Origin: Chthoniobacteraceae bacterium
GTDB lineage: Bacteria; Verrucomicrobiota; Verrucomicrobiia; Chthoniobacterales; Chthoniobacteraceae
NCBI GenBank assembly: GCA_037190965.1
Contig: JBBCKI010000048.1
Location: forward strand, 10,297 to 74,296
Length of the DNA: 64,000 bases
Direction: 5' to 3'
Shown one piece after another: positions 18,341-25,610 of this stretch (its first letter is position 1; the number at the start of each line of letters is the position of its first letter). Under the pieces are notes generated by a model. It was not told the DNA's origin. It saw only the letters and a program-made list of their open reading frames with translations, and ran no database searches. The position numbers and the translations under genes are program-made.

Positions 18341-21220
18341 TTAGGCTACCCGCGATCCGCCATGCCGCTTCCTCCATCCCAGGAGCGCGCCCGCTCCAAG
18401 GACAAGCAGAGCCCAATTGCCGGGCTCGGGAACAACGGCGAACTCGCTATTGTGATTGATGACAGCCCAGACCGTCTTTTTCGAAACGTCGACTCCGTAG
18501 TATCCGAGAATAAAGTCGCTGCTTGCATCGAAGGCTTTCTCTCCGCGATTGAAGGCCGTTCCGCCGATGTTGCCATCGACCGCATTGACCCATTTGTTGG
18601 TCTCCGTATTCAACCAGCCAAGAATATTCCCGGCCGTGATGTCGGCAACCGTGATTTCAAGGACGAACATGTCCGTCTCCCCCGTGTTGCCATCAAGCAC
18701 CGAGACCCCGCTCAGGTGGAACACATTACCAAGGCGAAGATCATCATTGATTGCCAAGGAGCTTGCGGAAAAACTCCCTTCCAGCGTCGCTGCCCCCGAA
18801 CTGGTGCCCGCTGCAATCCTGGCCTTGGTGGTCACGCCACCAATGGAGCCGGTGAGATTCATGGAATTAGTCAGGCTTGCGCCGGACTCGATCCCGCGTT
18901 CGAAACTGCCGCCTTCCAGGGTGAGGGTGTTACCAAAATCAACGCCCGCGTTGATCGAAAGCGTCCCACTCTTGACGGTGACCGCTCCTGTGCCGAGAGC
19001 ATAATTGGCGCTGGCGACAAGACGCCCCGCTTCGAGCACAGTTCCACCACTGTAACTATTGCTGGCACTCAGAGTGAGAGAACCGACCCCCTGCTTGATA
19101 ATCCGTCCGGTTCCGCTCACAGAGTTAGCGACGGCAATATCGGAGCCGACGCCCGCCTGCACGATGAGCGTGCCGCTCGTCATGCTGACGTTGCCGGTAC
19201 CGAGAGCATCATTCGCGTTCACGACGATGCTACCCCCTTGAAGCGTCGTTCCGCCGCTATAGCTATTGCTGGCGCTTAGAGTCAGAGAACCGGCCCCTTG
19301 CTTGATCACCCTCCCGGTTCCGCTCACGGAAGAAGCGATGGATATATTGGAGCCCGACTGCGCCGTCACCATGAGCGTGCCGCTGTTGATGGCCACGCCA
19401 CCCGTCCCAAGAGCATGATCGGCGGTGACGGTCACGTTCCCCCCTTCGATAACCGTTCCGCCACTATAGCTATTACTGGCACTGAGGGTGAGAACCCCCG
19501 TTCCCTGTTTGATCAGCCCCCCACTCCCGCTCACCGAAGAGGTCACGGAAATGTTGAAGCCGTTGCTATCGATGTAAGCGCCGCCATTCCCGAAGGCGAC
19601 CTCCCCGTTGGAGAAACCTGAAATAAAAGTGCTCGATCCAGCCTGGGCGCGAACTATTCCACCGTCCAAAACCAAAGAGGCCGTTCCTGAGCTATTGTTC
19701 TTTTTGATCTGTGTCGCTTCCAGAACGGCGCGGTTGCCTGCGCTGCCGGAAAGCGTGAGAGTGCCATTACCGGTAGCAGAACCACTCAGGCTGACCACTT
19801 TCGCTTTGACCAGACCGCTAGAGATGTCCAGAGCCCCGGTACCGCCGTCGCCAACGGTCAAGGCGGCGGTCGTCACATTCACTGTCCCGCTGGAAACCGT
19901 CACGATTCCGTTACCGGTCGTGCCGGTTCCTATCGTCATTCCGTTCGCCGTGAGAACCCCTCCATTGAGCGCCATCGTAGCAGATCCGCTGCTTCCAACA
20001 TGCAGGGTTGCGCTCGTATTCCATGTTCCGTCGGACATCGTCACATCGCCCCTGCCGTCCTTGCCACTTCCAATGTAAACCGTGGTGGTTTGAACAGCCC
20101 CACCGCTCACTGTCATCGCCGCCGTCCCCGAATTTCCCAAAGACAAATAGCCGGGGTTGAAAGTGCCGCCCGTAACGGTGATGTCGGCACGAGTGTTTGC
20201 GTTGGGTGCCGCGTAAAAACTCGCGCTGGAAAAAGTTCCACCGCTCACCTCCAACGAGGCTTTGTTGGTTTGCCCAAAGTAGATCGTGCTTCCATTGAAA
20301 GCACCACTGCTGACCACCACCTCCCCCTCGCCGGTTCCGGCCCCAACATAAGTGGAACCGGTGGAAGAAACATACCCGCCATTGACCGTTAATGTCCCTT
20401 TACCCCTATTGCCGATGTACGGGGCGTTCAGGGTCAAAGTGCCGCTGGTAACGGTCACGGAGCCGACACCGGTGCCGCTGCCGCCGGAGGCACCGCCGAT
20501 TGAGGAGCCAGTGCCTGCGGCGGAAACATTGCCGCCATTGATAACCATCGAGCCGGTGCCGGAACTACCCACCGTCAAGGTGCCCGTCATGTCCCATGTT
20601 CCACCGGTGATCGAGGCGCTGCCGTTTGAGCCGCTACTATTTCCGATACTGCCACCAACGCTGGAAATGGAGCCACCGCTCATGTTGAGCACACCTTGTC
20701 CCTGATGACCAACGTACAACGTATTGCTGCTGGTCCAGGTGCCGCTCGTGATGGTGGCCGTACCGCTCCCTAGAGCGTCAAATCCCAAGTAAGCCGCACC
20801 TCCAGTAAGCTGGCCGCCCGAGAGCGCTAGCGTTCCCGCTCCCCCGGAAGTATTCCCGAGATAGAGACTACCATAGCTTCCAGTAACACCGCTCCCAACA
20901 GAGGCAACGCCCTTGTTGTTGATGATGGTCGAGCCGCTTGTAGTCGGCACAGTCCCGCCGCTCCAATTCGAGCCGGTACCCCAAGAAGCACTGCTTCCCG
21001 TCCATGACTTCTGGGCATATGCCGACGGCTGGGCGAAAAACATCCCCGCACTCAGGAGCGCCAGTGCACCCAAGTTTCTCGCGATGCGACTCACTTGACT
21101 TACCTCCCTGGACACAACGGGGCGATCGCCTGCAAGGTAAGTTGATGGACTGAAGTGGGCCTCTTCTTTGAATAAGAGGGCATGAGCAACGCTGGGGTTG
21201 GGTTGATTTTCGGTCTGCAT
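18341..21220 (-). CDS. Giant secreted beta-helical repeat protein (autotransporter-associated beta-strand/PATR-type repeats) with C-terminal PEP-CTERM anchor, paralog 1
   Basis: G/S/T-rich repeats occur throughout (GGTWDMTGTLTVG..., three 69-aa units SSVSGSGGLIKQGTGVLTLSASNSYSGGT...). The C-terminus VPEPGNWALLVLGAGALLGWRKRHGG is a PEP-CTERM signal. The start is set at the ATG conserved with paralog 2 (MQTEN). The track extends to 21295. Confidence 0.88.
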   Translation of the reverse strand: MQTENQPNPSVAHALLFKEEAHFSPSTYLAGDRPVVSREVSQVSRIARNLGALALLSAGMFFAQPSAYAQKSWTGSSASWGTGSNWSGGTVPTTSGSTIINNKGVASVGSGVTGSYGSLYLGNTSGGAGTLALSGGQLTGGAAYLGFDALGSGTATITSGTWTSSNTLYVGHQGQGVLNMSGGSISSVGGSIGNSSGSNGSASITGGTWDMTGTLTVGSSGTGSMVINGGNVSAAGTGSSIGGASGGSGTGVGSVTVTSGTLTLNAPYIGNRGKGTLTVNGGYVSSTGSTYVGAGTGEGEVVVSSGAFNGSTIYFGQTNKASLEVSGGTFSSASFYAAPNANTRADITVTGGTFNPGYLSLGNSGTAAMTVSGGAVQTTTVYIGSGKDGRGDVTMSDGTWNTSATLHVGSSGSATMALNGGVLTANGMTIGTGTTGNGIVTVSSGTVNVTTAALTVGDGGTGALDISSGLVKAKVVSLSGSATGNGTLTLSGSAGNRAVLEATQIKKNNSSGTASLVLDGGIVRAQAGSSTFISGFSNGEVAFGNGGAYIDSNGFNISVTSSVSGSGGLIKQGTGVLTLSASNSYSGGTVIEGGNVTVTADHALGTGGVAINSGTLMVTAQSGSNISIASSVSGTGRVIKQGAGSLTLSASNSYSGGTTLQGGSIVVNANDALGTGNVSMTSGTLIVQAGVGSDIAVANSVSGTGRIIKQGVGSLTLSASNSYSGGTVLEAGRLVASANYALGTGAVTVKSGTLSINAGVDFGNTLTLEGGSFERGIESGASLTNSMNLTGSIGGVTTKARIAAGTSSGAATLEGSFSASSLAINDDLRLGNVFHLSGVSVLDGNTGETDMFVLEITVADITAGNILGWLNTETNKWVNAVDGNIGGTAFNRGEKAFDASSDFILGYYGVDVSKKTVWAVINHNSEFAVVPEPGNWALLVLGAGALLGWRKRHGGSRVA

Positions 21221-21403
21221 GATAAGATTAGGGAAGCTGCGGCAAACTTCCTCGAAGCGAGGAGCGCCTCTCAAGACGACGAACCTCTTGATCAAAAGAC
21301 AATTAGTCCATAGTCCAGGTTCGATTGAAGAGATGACTTCAACAACACAGTCATTTGTACCTCATACTGAATGCTCCAACAATCGGCGCAGATCGTCTTT
21401 TAT

Positions 21404-21423
21404 TTGTAGGACTTTCCCTACAA
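21404..21423. promoter_or_regulatory. Candidate operator palindrome TTGTAGG-N6-CCTACAA upstream of adhesin paralog 1
   Basis: This is a perfect 7-bp inverted repeat inside a conserved block of about 45 nt. The block is also present upstream of paralog 2 (24680-24699). Confidence 0.45.
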
Positions 21424-21454
21424 ACACCTGAGCTCTCAAGCAGAGCGATCGCCC

Positions 21455-21491
21455 GAAGCAAAACAGCCGCCCGGATCGAGATCCGAACGGC
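21455..21491 (-). terminator. Terminator-like hairpin, paralogous copy of the ppdK terminator
   Basis: The sequence gccgcccggatcgagatccgaacggc is homologous to 25526-25557 and 24814-24843. On the minus strand it is followed by uguuuugcuuc. Confidence 0.5.
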
Positions 21492-21522
21492 ACCTTTGAT
21501 GGGAATGGACGGCGTGGTGAAC

Positions 21523-21565
21523 GGTGAGGATGCCTTCGGCAGCGATCATGCCACGGAGATCATCC
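21523..21565 (-). other. 43-nt fragment derived from the ppdK coding sequence
   Basis: 41 of 43 nt are identical to ppdK 26937-26979, the region encoding [14 protein letters not shown]. Similarity decays quickly outside the patch. Confidence 0.7.
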
Positions 21566-21603
21566 CAAATAAAATACGGGGCTAGCCGGAAGGCTCGCCC
21601 CGT
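21565..21603 (-). terminator. Rho-independent terminator of adhesin paralog 2
   Basis: On the minus strand the RNA reads acggggcgagcc-uucc-ggcuagccccgu followed by auuuuauuuggg. It is homologous to 18271-18311. Confidence 0.75.
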
Positions 21604-21633
21604 ATTACAAAAATGTTCAATCGCTGGCGAAGC

Positions 21634-24504
21634 TTAGGCTACCCGCGATCCGCCATGCCGCTTCCTCCACCCTAGAAGCGCACCCGCTCCAAGGACGAAC
21701 AACGCCCAGCTGCCGGGCTCGGGAATGACGGTGAACTCGCTATTGTGGTTGATAACAGCCCAGACCGTTCCTTTCGAAACGTCGATTCCGTAATACCCGA
21801 GAATGAAGTCGCTACTGGCATTATAGGCCTTGTCCCCGAGGTTAGTGGCCGTTCCACCGATGTTGCCATCGACCGCGTTGACCCATAGGTTGGTTTCCGC
21901 ATTCAACCAACCGAGGATGTTGCCGGCCGCAATATCGGCAACCGCGATTTCAAGGACGAATATATCCGTCTCGCCCGTGTTGCCATCAAGCACGGAAACC
22001 CCGCTCAGGTGAAACACGTTCCCGATGCGAATTTCATCGTTGATCGCCGCGGAGTTCGCGGAGAAGCTGCCATCCAGTGTCGTTGCCCCCGAGCTGGTAC
22101 CCCCCGCAATCCTGGCCCCGGTGGTGACGCCGCCGATGGAGCCGGTGAGATTCATAGAATCCACAAGGCTTGCTCCGGAGCTAATGCCACGCCTGAAATT
22201 ACCGTCCTCCAGGGTGACGTCATTATCAAAGTCAACGCCCGCCTGCACCGAAAGCGTGCCGCTCTTGACGGTGACCGCGCCTGTACCCAGAGCGTGATTG
22301 GCGCCGGCGACTACGCTACCCGCTTCGACGACAGTTCCTCCACTGTAGCTATTGCTAGCGCTCAGAGTCAGCGCCCCCGTCCCCTGCTTGGTCAGCCCTC
22401 CGCTTCCGCTAACGGACGCAGCGATGCCAATATCGGAGCCAAGTTCCGCCTGCACCGTAAGCGAGCCGCTCTTGAGAGTAACGTCGCCCGTGCCGAGGGC
22501 GTGATTGGCGCTGACGATAATGTCACCCGCTTCGAGAACCGTTCCACCGCTATAGCTATTGCTGGCGCTCAGAGTCAGCGCCCCCGCCCCCTGCTTGGTC
22601 AGCGCTCCGCTTCCGCTCACCGATGAGGTAATGGCAATATCGGAGCCGACTCCCGCCTGTACCGTAAGAGTGCCACTCTTGAGGGTGATGTCGCCCGTAC
22701 CGAGAGCATGATTGGCGCTGACGATAATATCACCCGCTTCGAGAACCGTTCCGCCACTGTAGCTATTACTGGCGCTCAGAGTCAGCGCCCCCGCCCCCTG
22801 CTTGGTCAGCGCTCCGCTTCCGCTCACCGATGAGGTGATGGCAATATCGAAGCCATTGCTATCGATGTAAGCTCCGCCATTCCCTATGGCGACTTCCCCG
22901 GCGGCAAAATTGGAGATAAAGGCGTTCGACGCGGCCCGGGCGCGAAGGACTCCGCCATCGAACGCAACGGAAGCCGTTCCTGCGCTGCTGCCCCTCTGGA
23001 CCTGCGTCGCCTCCAGAACGGCTCGGTTGCCTGCGCTGCCGGAAAGCTTCAGGGTGCCATTACCGCTGGAAGTACCCGCGACAATAACCGCCTGCGCGTT
23101 GACCAAACCGCCGGAAAGATCCAGAGTTCCTTTACCTTTGCCGGCAACGGTCAGGCCGGATGTTGTGACGTTCAGAGTCCCGCTGGTAACCGATACGGTT
23201 CCGTCGCCGGTGTCTTCCAGCCCGATCGTCATTCCAGTCGTCGTGAGAAGGCCGCCTTCAACCGCCATGGAAGCAGTTCCCCTGGTCCCAACGGCCATGG
23301 TTCCCGAGGTCCACGTTCCCCCGGTTAGACTGACGTCGGCGTTGGCGCCCGCGTTAGTACCGAAAGTGGTGCTACCTGTCGTGACAACCCCGCCGCTCAC
23401 CGTCATTGACGCCGCTCCATTTTGCCCAATGTGAGAAAGAGCAGTGCTGAATGTACCGCTCGAGACGGTTATATTAGCACTACCCTCCGCTCTGGAAGCC
23501 GCGTAAAATACGCCCGTGTTGTTGAGAAAGGTGCCGCCGCTCACTTCCAAAGAGCCTGCGCCGAAGTTTCCGACGGTAAAATTTGCACTCGAAGTAAAGG
23601 TACCACTACTAACGACCATCTTCCCCTCGTTCGCCCCAGCCGCAACAATAACGGCGCCGGTATTGCTAACGTACCCACCATTGATGGTCATTGTTCCTTT
23701 TCCCTGAGAACCGACTGTCATGCCCGAGGCTGAGGTCAAGGTGCCACTGGTGACGGTGACGGTACCGACACTAGTATTTGAAGAACCGATAACCAGAACA
23801 TAGCTGGTAACAGTGCCTCCATTGATCGCCATCGAGCCGGTACCGCTTTTGCCCACAATCAAGTTGCCAGACATTGCCCATGTCCCACCGGTAACCGAAG
23901 CACTGCCGTTTGCACCGGCCAAACTTCCGAAATCGACCATATTGCTGGAAATGCGACCACCGCTCAAGCTGACTACGCCCTGCCCTCCGTAGCCAAGAAA
24001 CGTAGAGCCAGTGGTAGTCCAGGTACCGCTCGTAACGGTTGCGGTACCGCTCCCCAAGGCATCATACCCCAAGTAAGAAGCAGCCCCAGACAGTTGGCCA
24101 CCCGTGATCGATATGGTCCCCGCCCCCCCGGATGTGTTCCCGAGGTGAAGATAGCTGTAGTTTCCAGTAACACCGGTCGCAACCGAAGCAACGCCTTTGT
24201 TATTAATCATGGTCGTGCCGCTTGCCGTCGGCACGCTTCCGCCGTTCCAGTTCGAGCCTGTACCCCAGGAACCGCTACTTCCCGTCCACGTCTTCTGAGC
24301 ATTGGCCGAAGGTTGGGCGAAGAGCAGGCCCGCTCCCACGATCGCCAGTGCGCCGACGTTTCTCGTAAGGCCACTAACCCATCTTCCCCGCACCGACACA
24401 ATCGGGCGGTTTTCCGCCAAGCAAGCTGATGATCTGGAGTGAGCCTCCTCACTGAGCAAGGAAGAAAAGGTAACGCTGGAGCTTGGAAGGTTCTCTGTAG
24501 ACAT
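21634..24504 (-). CDS. Giant secreted beta-helical repeat protein (PATR-type repeats) with PEP-CTERM anchor, paralog 2
   Basis: The architecture matches 18341-21220, and the N- and C-terminal thirds are highly similar to it. The C-terminus is IPEPGSWALFVLGAGALLGWRKRHGG. The start is set at the conserved ATG (MSTEN). The track extends to 24549. Confidence 0.88.
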   Translation of the reverse strand: MSTENLPSSSVTFSSLLSEEAHSRSSACLAENRPIVSVRGRWVSGLTRNVGALAIVGAGLLFAQPSANAQKTWTGSSGSWGTGSNWNGGSVPTASGTTMINNKGVASVATGVTGNYSYLHLGNTSGGAGTISITGGQLSGAASYLGYDALGSGTATVTSGTWTTTGSTFLGYGGQGVVSLSGGRISSNMVDFGSLAGANGSASVTGGTWAMSGNLIVGKSGTGSMAINGGTVTSYVLVIGSSNTSVGTVTVTSGTLTSASGMTVGSQGKGTMTINGGYVSNTGAVIVAAGANEGKMVVSSGTFTSSANFTVGNFGAGSLEVSGGTFLNNTGVFYAASRAEGSANITVSSGTFSTALSHIGQNGAASMTVSGGVVTTGSTTFGTNAGANADVSLTGGTWTSGTMAVGTRGTASMAVEGGLLTTTGMTIGLEDTGDGTVSVTSGTLNVTTSGLTVAGKGKGTLDLSGGLVNAQAVIVAGTSSGNGTLKLSGSAGNRAVLEATQVQRGSSAGTASVAFDGGVLRARAASNAFISNFAAGEVAIGNGGAYIDSNGFDIAITSSVSGSGALTKQGAGALTLSASNSYSGGTVLEAGDIIVSANHALGTGDITLKSGTLTVQAGVGSDIAITSSVSGSGALTKQGAGALTLSASNSYSGGTVLEAGDIIVSANHALGTGDVTLKSGSLTVQAELGSDIGIAASVSGSGGLTKQGTGALTLSASNSYSGGTVVEAGSVVAGANHALGTGAVTVKSGTLSVQAGVDFDNDVTLEDGNFRRGISSGASLVDSMNLTGSIGGVTTGARIAGGTSSGATTLDGSFSANSAAINDEIRIGNVFHLSGVSVLDGNTGETDIFVLEIAVADIAAGNILGWLNAETNLWVNAVDGNIGGTATNLGDKAYNASSDFILGYYGIDVSKGTVWAVINHNSEFTVIPEPGSWALFVLGAGALLGWRKRHGGSRVA
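22221..22841. repeat. Three in-frame 207-bp tandem repeats inside adhesin paralog 2
   Basis: The period is 207 nt, hand-indexed from caatatcgg at 22428, 22635 and 22842. Units 22428-22634 and 22635-22841 are nearly identical. Each encodes a 69-aa SSVSGSGALTKQGAGALTLSASNSYSGGTVLEAGD... module. Confidence 0.85.
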
Positions 24505-24679
24505 AATGTGGTTAAGGGAGTTGGGCGATCGTCCGTGGCGTGCGACCACCTCTTTGAAAGAGGCCGTGCCAATCAGAAGATCAGCAGTCCATCGCCGCTT
24601 ACAAAGATGATCTCAATGAAGCGCCCCCTTTTTACTTTGATTCAGCATCCCCCGACAGTCGGCGCATATCGTCATTTTT

Positions 24680-24699
24680 TTGTAGGACTTTTCCTACAA
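24680..24699. promoter_or_regulatory. Candidate operator palindrome TTGTAGG-N6-CCTACAA upstream of adhesin paralog 2
   Basis: This is the second copy of the 7-bp inverted repeat, embedded in the conserved block cggcgcaTatcgtcAttttTttgtagg. Confidence 0.45.
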
Positions 24700-24800
24700 G
24701 CCCGGATTAGTAGTGGCGAATGAGCACCCTGCGATGTGCGCTTTGGGAGAGGTGACCGCGGTCTGAGAGGGAGAGCCCCTCCGGTCCCACGCCGGTATTC

Positions 24801-24843
24801 GACGAAATAAAGAGAGCCGCCCGGATTAAAATCCAGACGGCTC
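24801..24843 (-). terminator. Terminator-like hairpin downstream of the decayed third adhesin copy
   Basis: The hairpin is gagccgcccggat-taaa-atccagacggctc. On the minus strand it is followed by ucuuuauuucg. It is homologous to the ppdK terminator. Confidence 0.55.
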
Positions 24844-24879
24844 CTTTTGATCGGAATTTGCGGAGAGGCACCCGGGGGC

Positions 24880-25513
24880 CTATGAGGCCTTTACGATAGA
24901 CCACCGCTGACGAAGGCCAAGGAATATGGCTCCTCCAAAGAAAAGCAGCGCCAAGGCACCCGGCTCGGGGATCGCGGCAAAGTCGCTGTTGTGGTTGATA
25001 ACCGCCCAAACCGTTCCGTTCGAAGATTGACTCCGTAATACCCAGTTAGTACCCAGTTAGTACCCAGCTAGTACCCAGTTAGTACCCAGCGTTACCGAGC
25101 TTGCTGAGATAGCTCCGCCACTTACCGTCATCGTGGCGCTCCCCGAGTTTGCCACGTAGAGGGTGGTAGCGCTGAAGGAGCCGCTTGTGACCGCGATGTC
25201 CGCAACACTGTTCGCCTTGGCGCCTGCGTACATGATGCCGGCGGCAAAGGTTCCGCCGCTCACTTCCAATGAGCCCTTGCCGGAATCGGCGAGGTAGACG
25301 ATTTGGTTGATGCTAAAGGTGCCGCTGCTTACAGCCAGCCTCCCCGAGCCGCTCGTTGTGGTTCCAACATAAATGGAACCGGTAGAGGAAACATATCCCC
25401 CATTGACGGTAAGTGCCCCTTTTCCATAATCGCCGATCGTTATGCACCTTCGAGCTCAAGGTGCCGCTCTTAACAGTCACTGTACCGGTACTATTATCCC
25501 TGCCGCCGAGAAA
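24880..25513 (-). pseudogene. Decayed third PATR/PEP-CTERM adhesin paralog (5-prime truncated, internally deleted, frameshifted)
   Basis: A PEP-CTERM end is present (SNGTVWAVINHNSDFAAIPEPGALALLFFGG...KAS stop at 24880-24882), but it is out of frame with the preceding GYYGV because of a 1-nt deletion. A mid-gene fragment (25091-25513) is homologous to LEVSGGTF...MTVSGGA of the intact paralogs and carries a further indel. The N-terminal third and the promoter are missing. Confidence 0.8.
25039..25090. repeat. 11-bp tandem repeat (tacccagttag, about 4.7 copies) at the pseudogene deletion junction
   Basis: Units start at 25039, 25050, 25061 and 25072, with a partial unit at 25083. The unit length is not a multiple of three. 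Confidence 0.85.
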
Positions 25514-25557
25514 GAAAGAAATAAAGGGGCCGCCCGGACCAAAGTCCGAACGACCCC
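25510..25557 (-). terminator. Rho-independent terminator of ppdK
   Basis: On the minus strand the RNA reads ggggucguucgga-cuuugg-uccgggcggcccc, a 13-bp stem that includes G-U pairs. It is followed by uuuauuucuuucuuuc. Confidence 0.75.
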
Positions 25558-25610
25558 TTCTGATGGGAATCTTAGCTAGTCTGTAGCCTGGTTACATTCC
25601 CGCTGGATCA

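Noticed and set aside
21355-21585. A 76-aa plus-strand ORF, and its partner at 24439-24723, sharing ...PT(I/V)GA-R--FVGL-LQ....
   Set aside because: The shared peptide is simply the translated conserved palindrome block upstream of the adhesin paralogs. The rest of the two ORFs is unrelated, and one of them runs through the ppdK-derived patch. I treated the block as regulatory DNA.
24707-25269. Track ORFs 24707-25009 and 25057-25269 on the minus strand, considered as separate small genes.
   Set aside because: Both are pieces, one of them out of frame, of the decayed third adhesin paralog. They are annotated together as a pseudogene.
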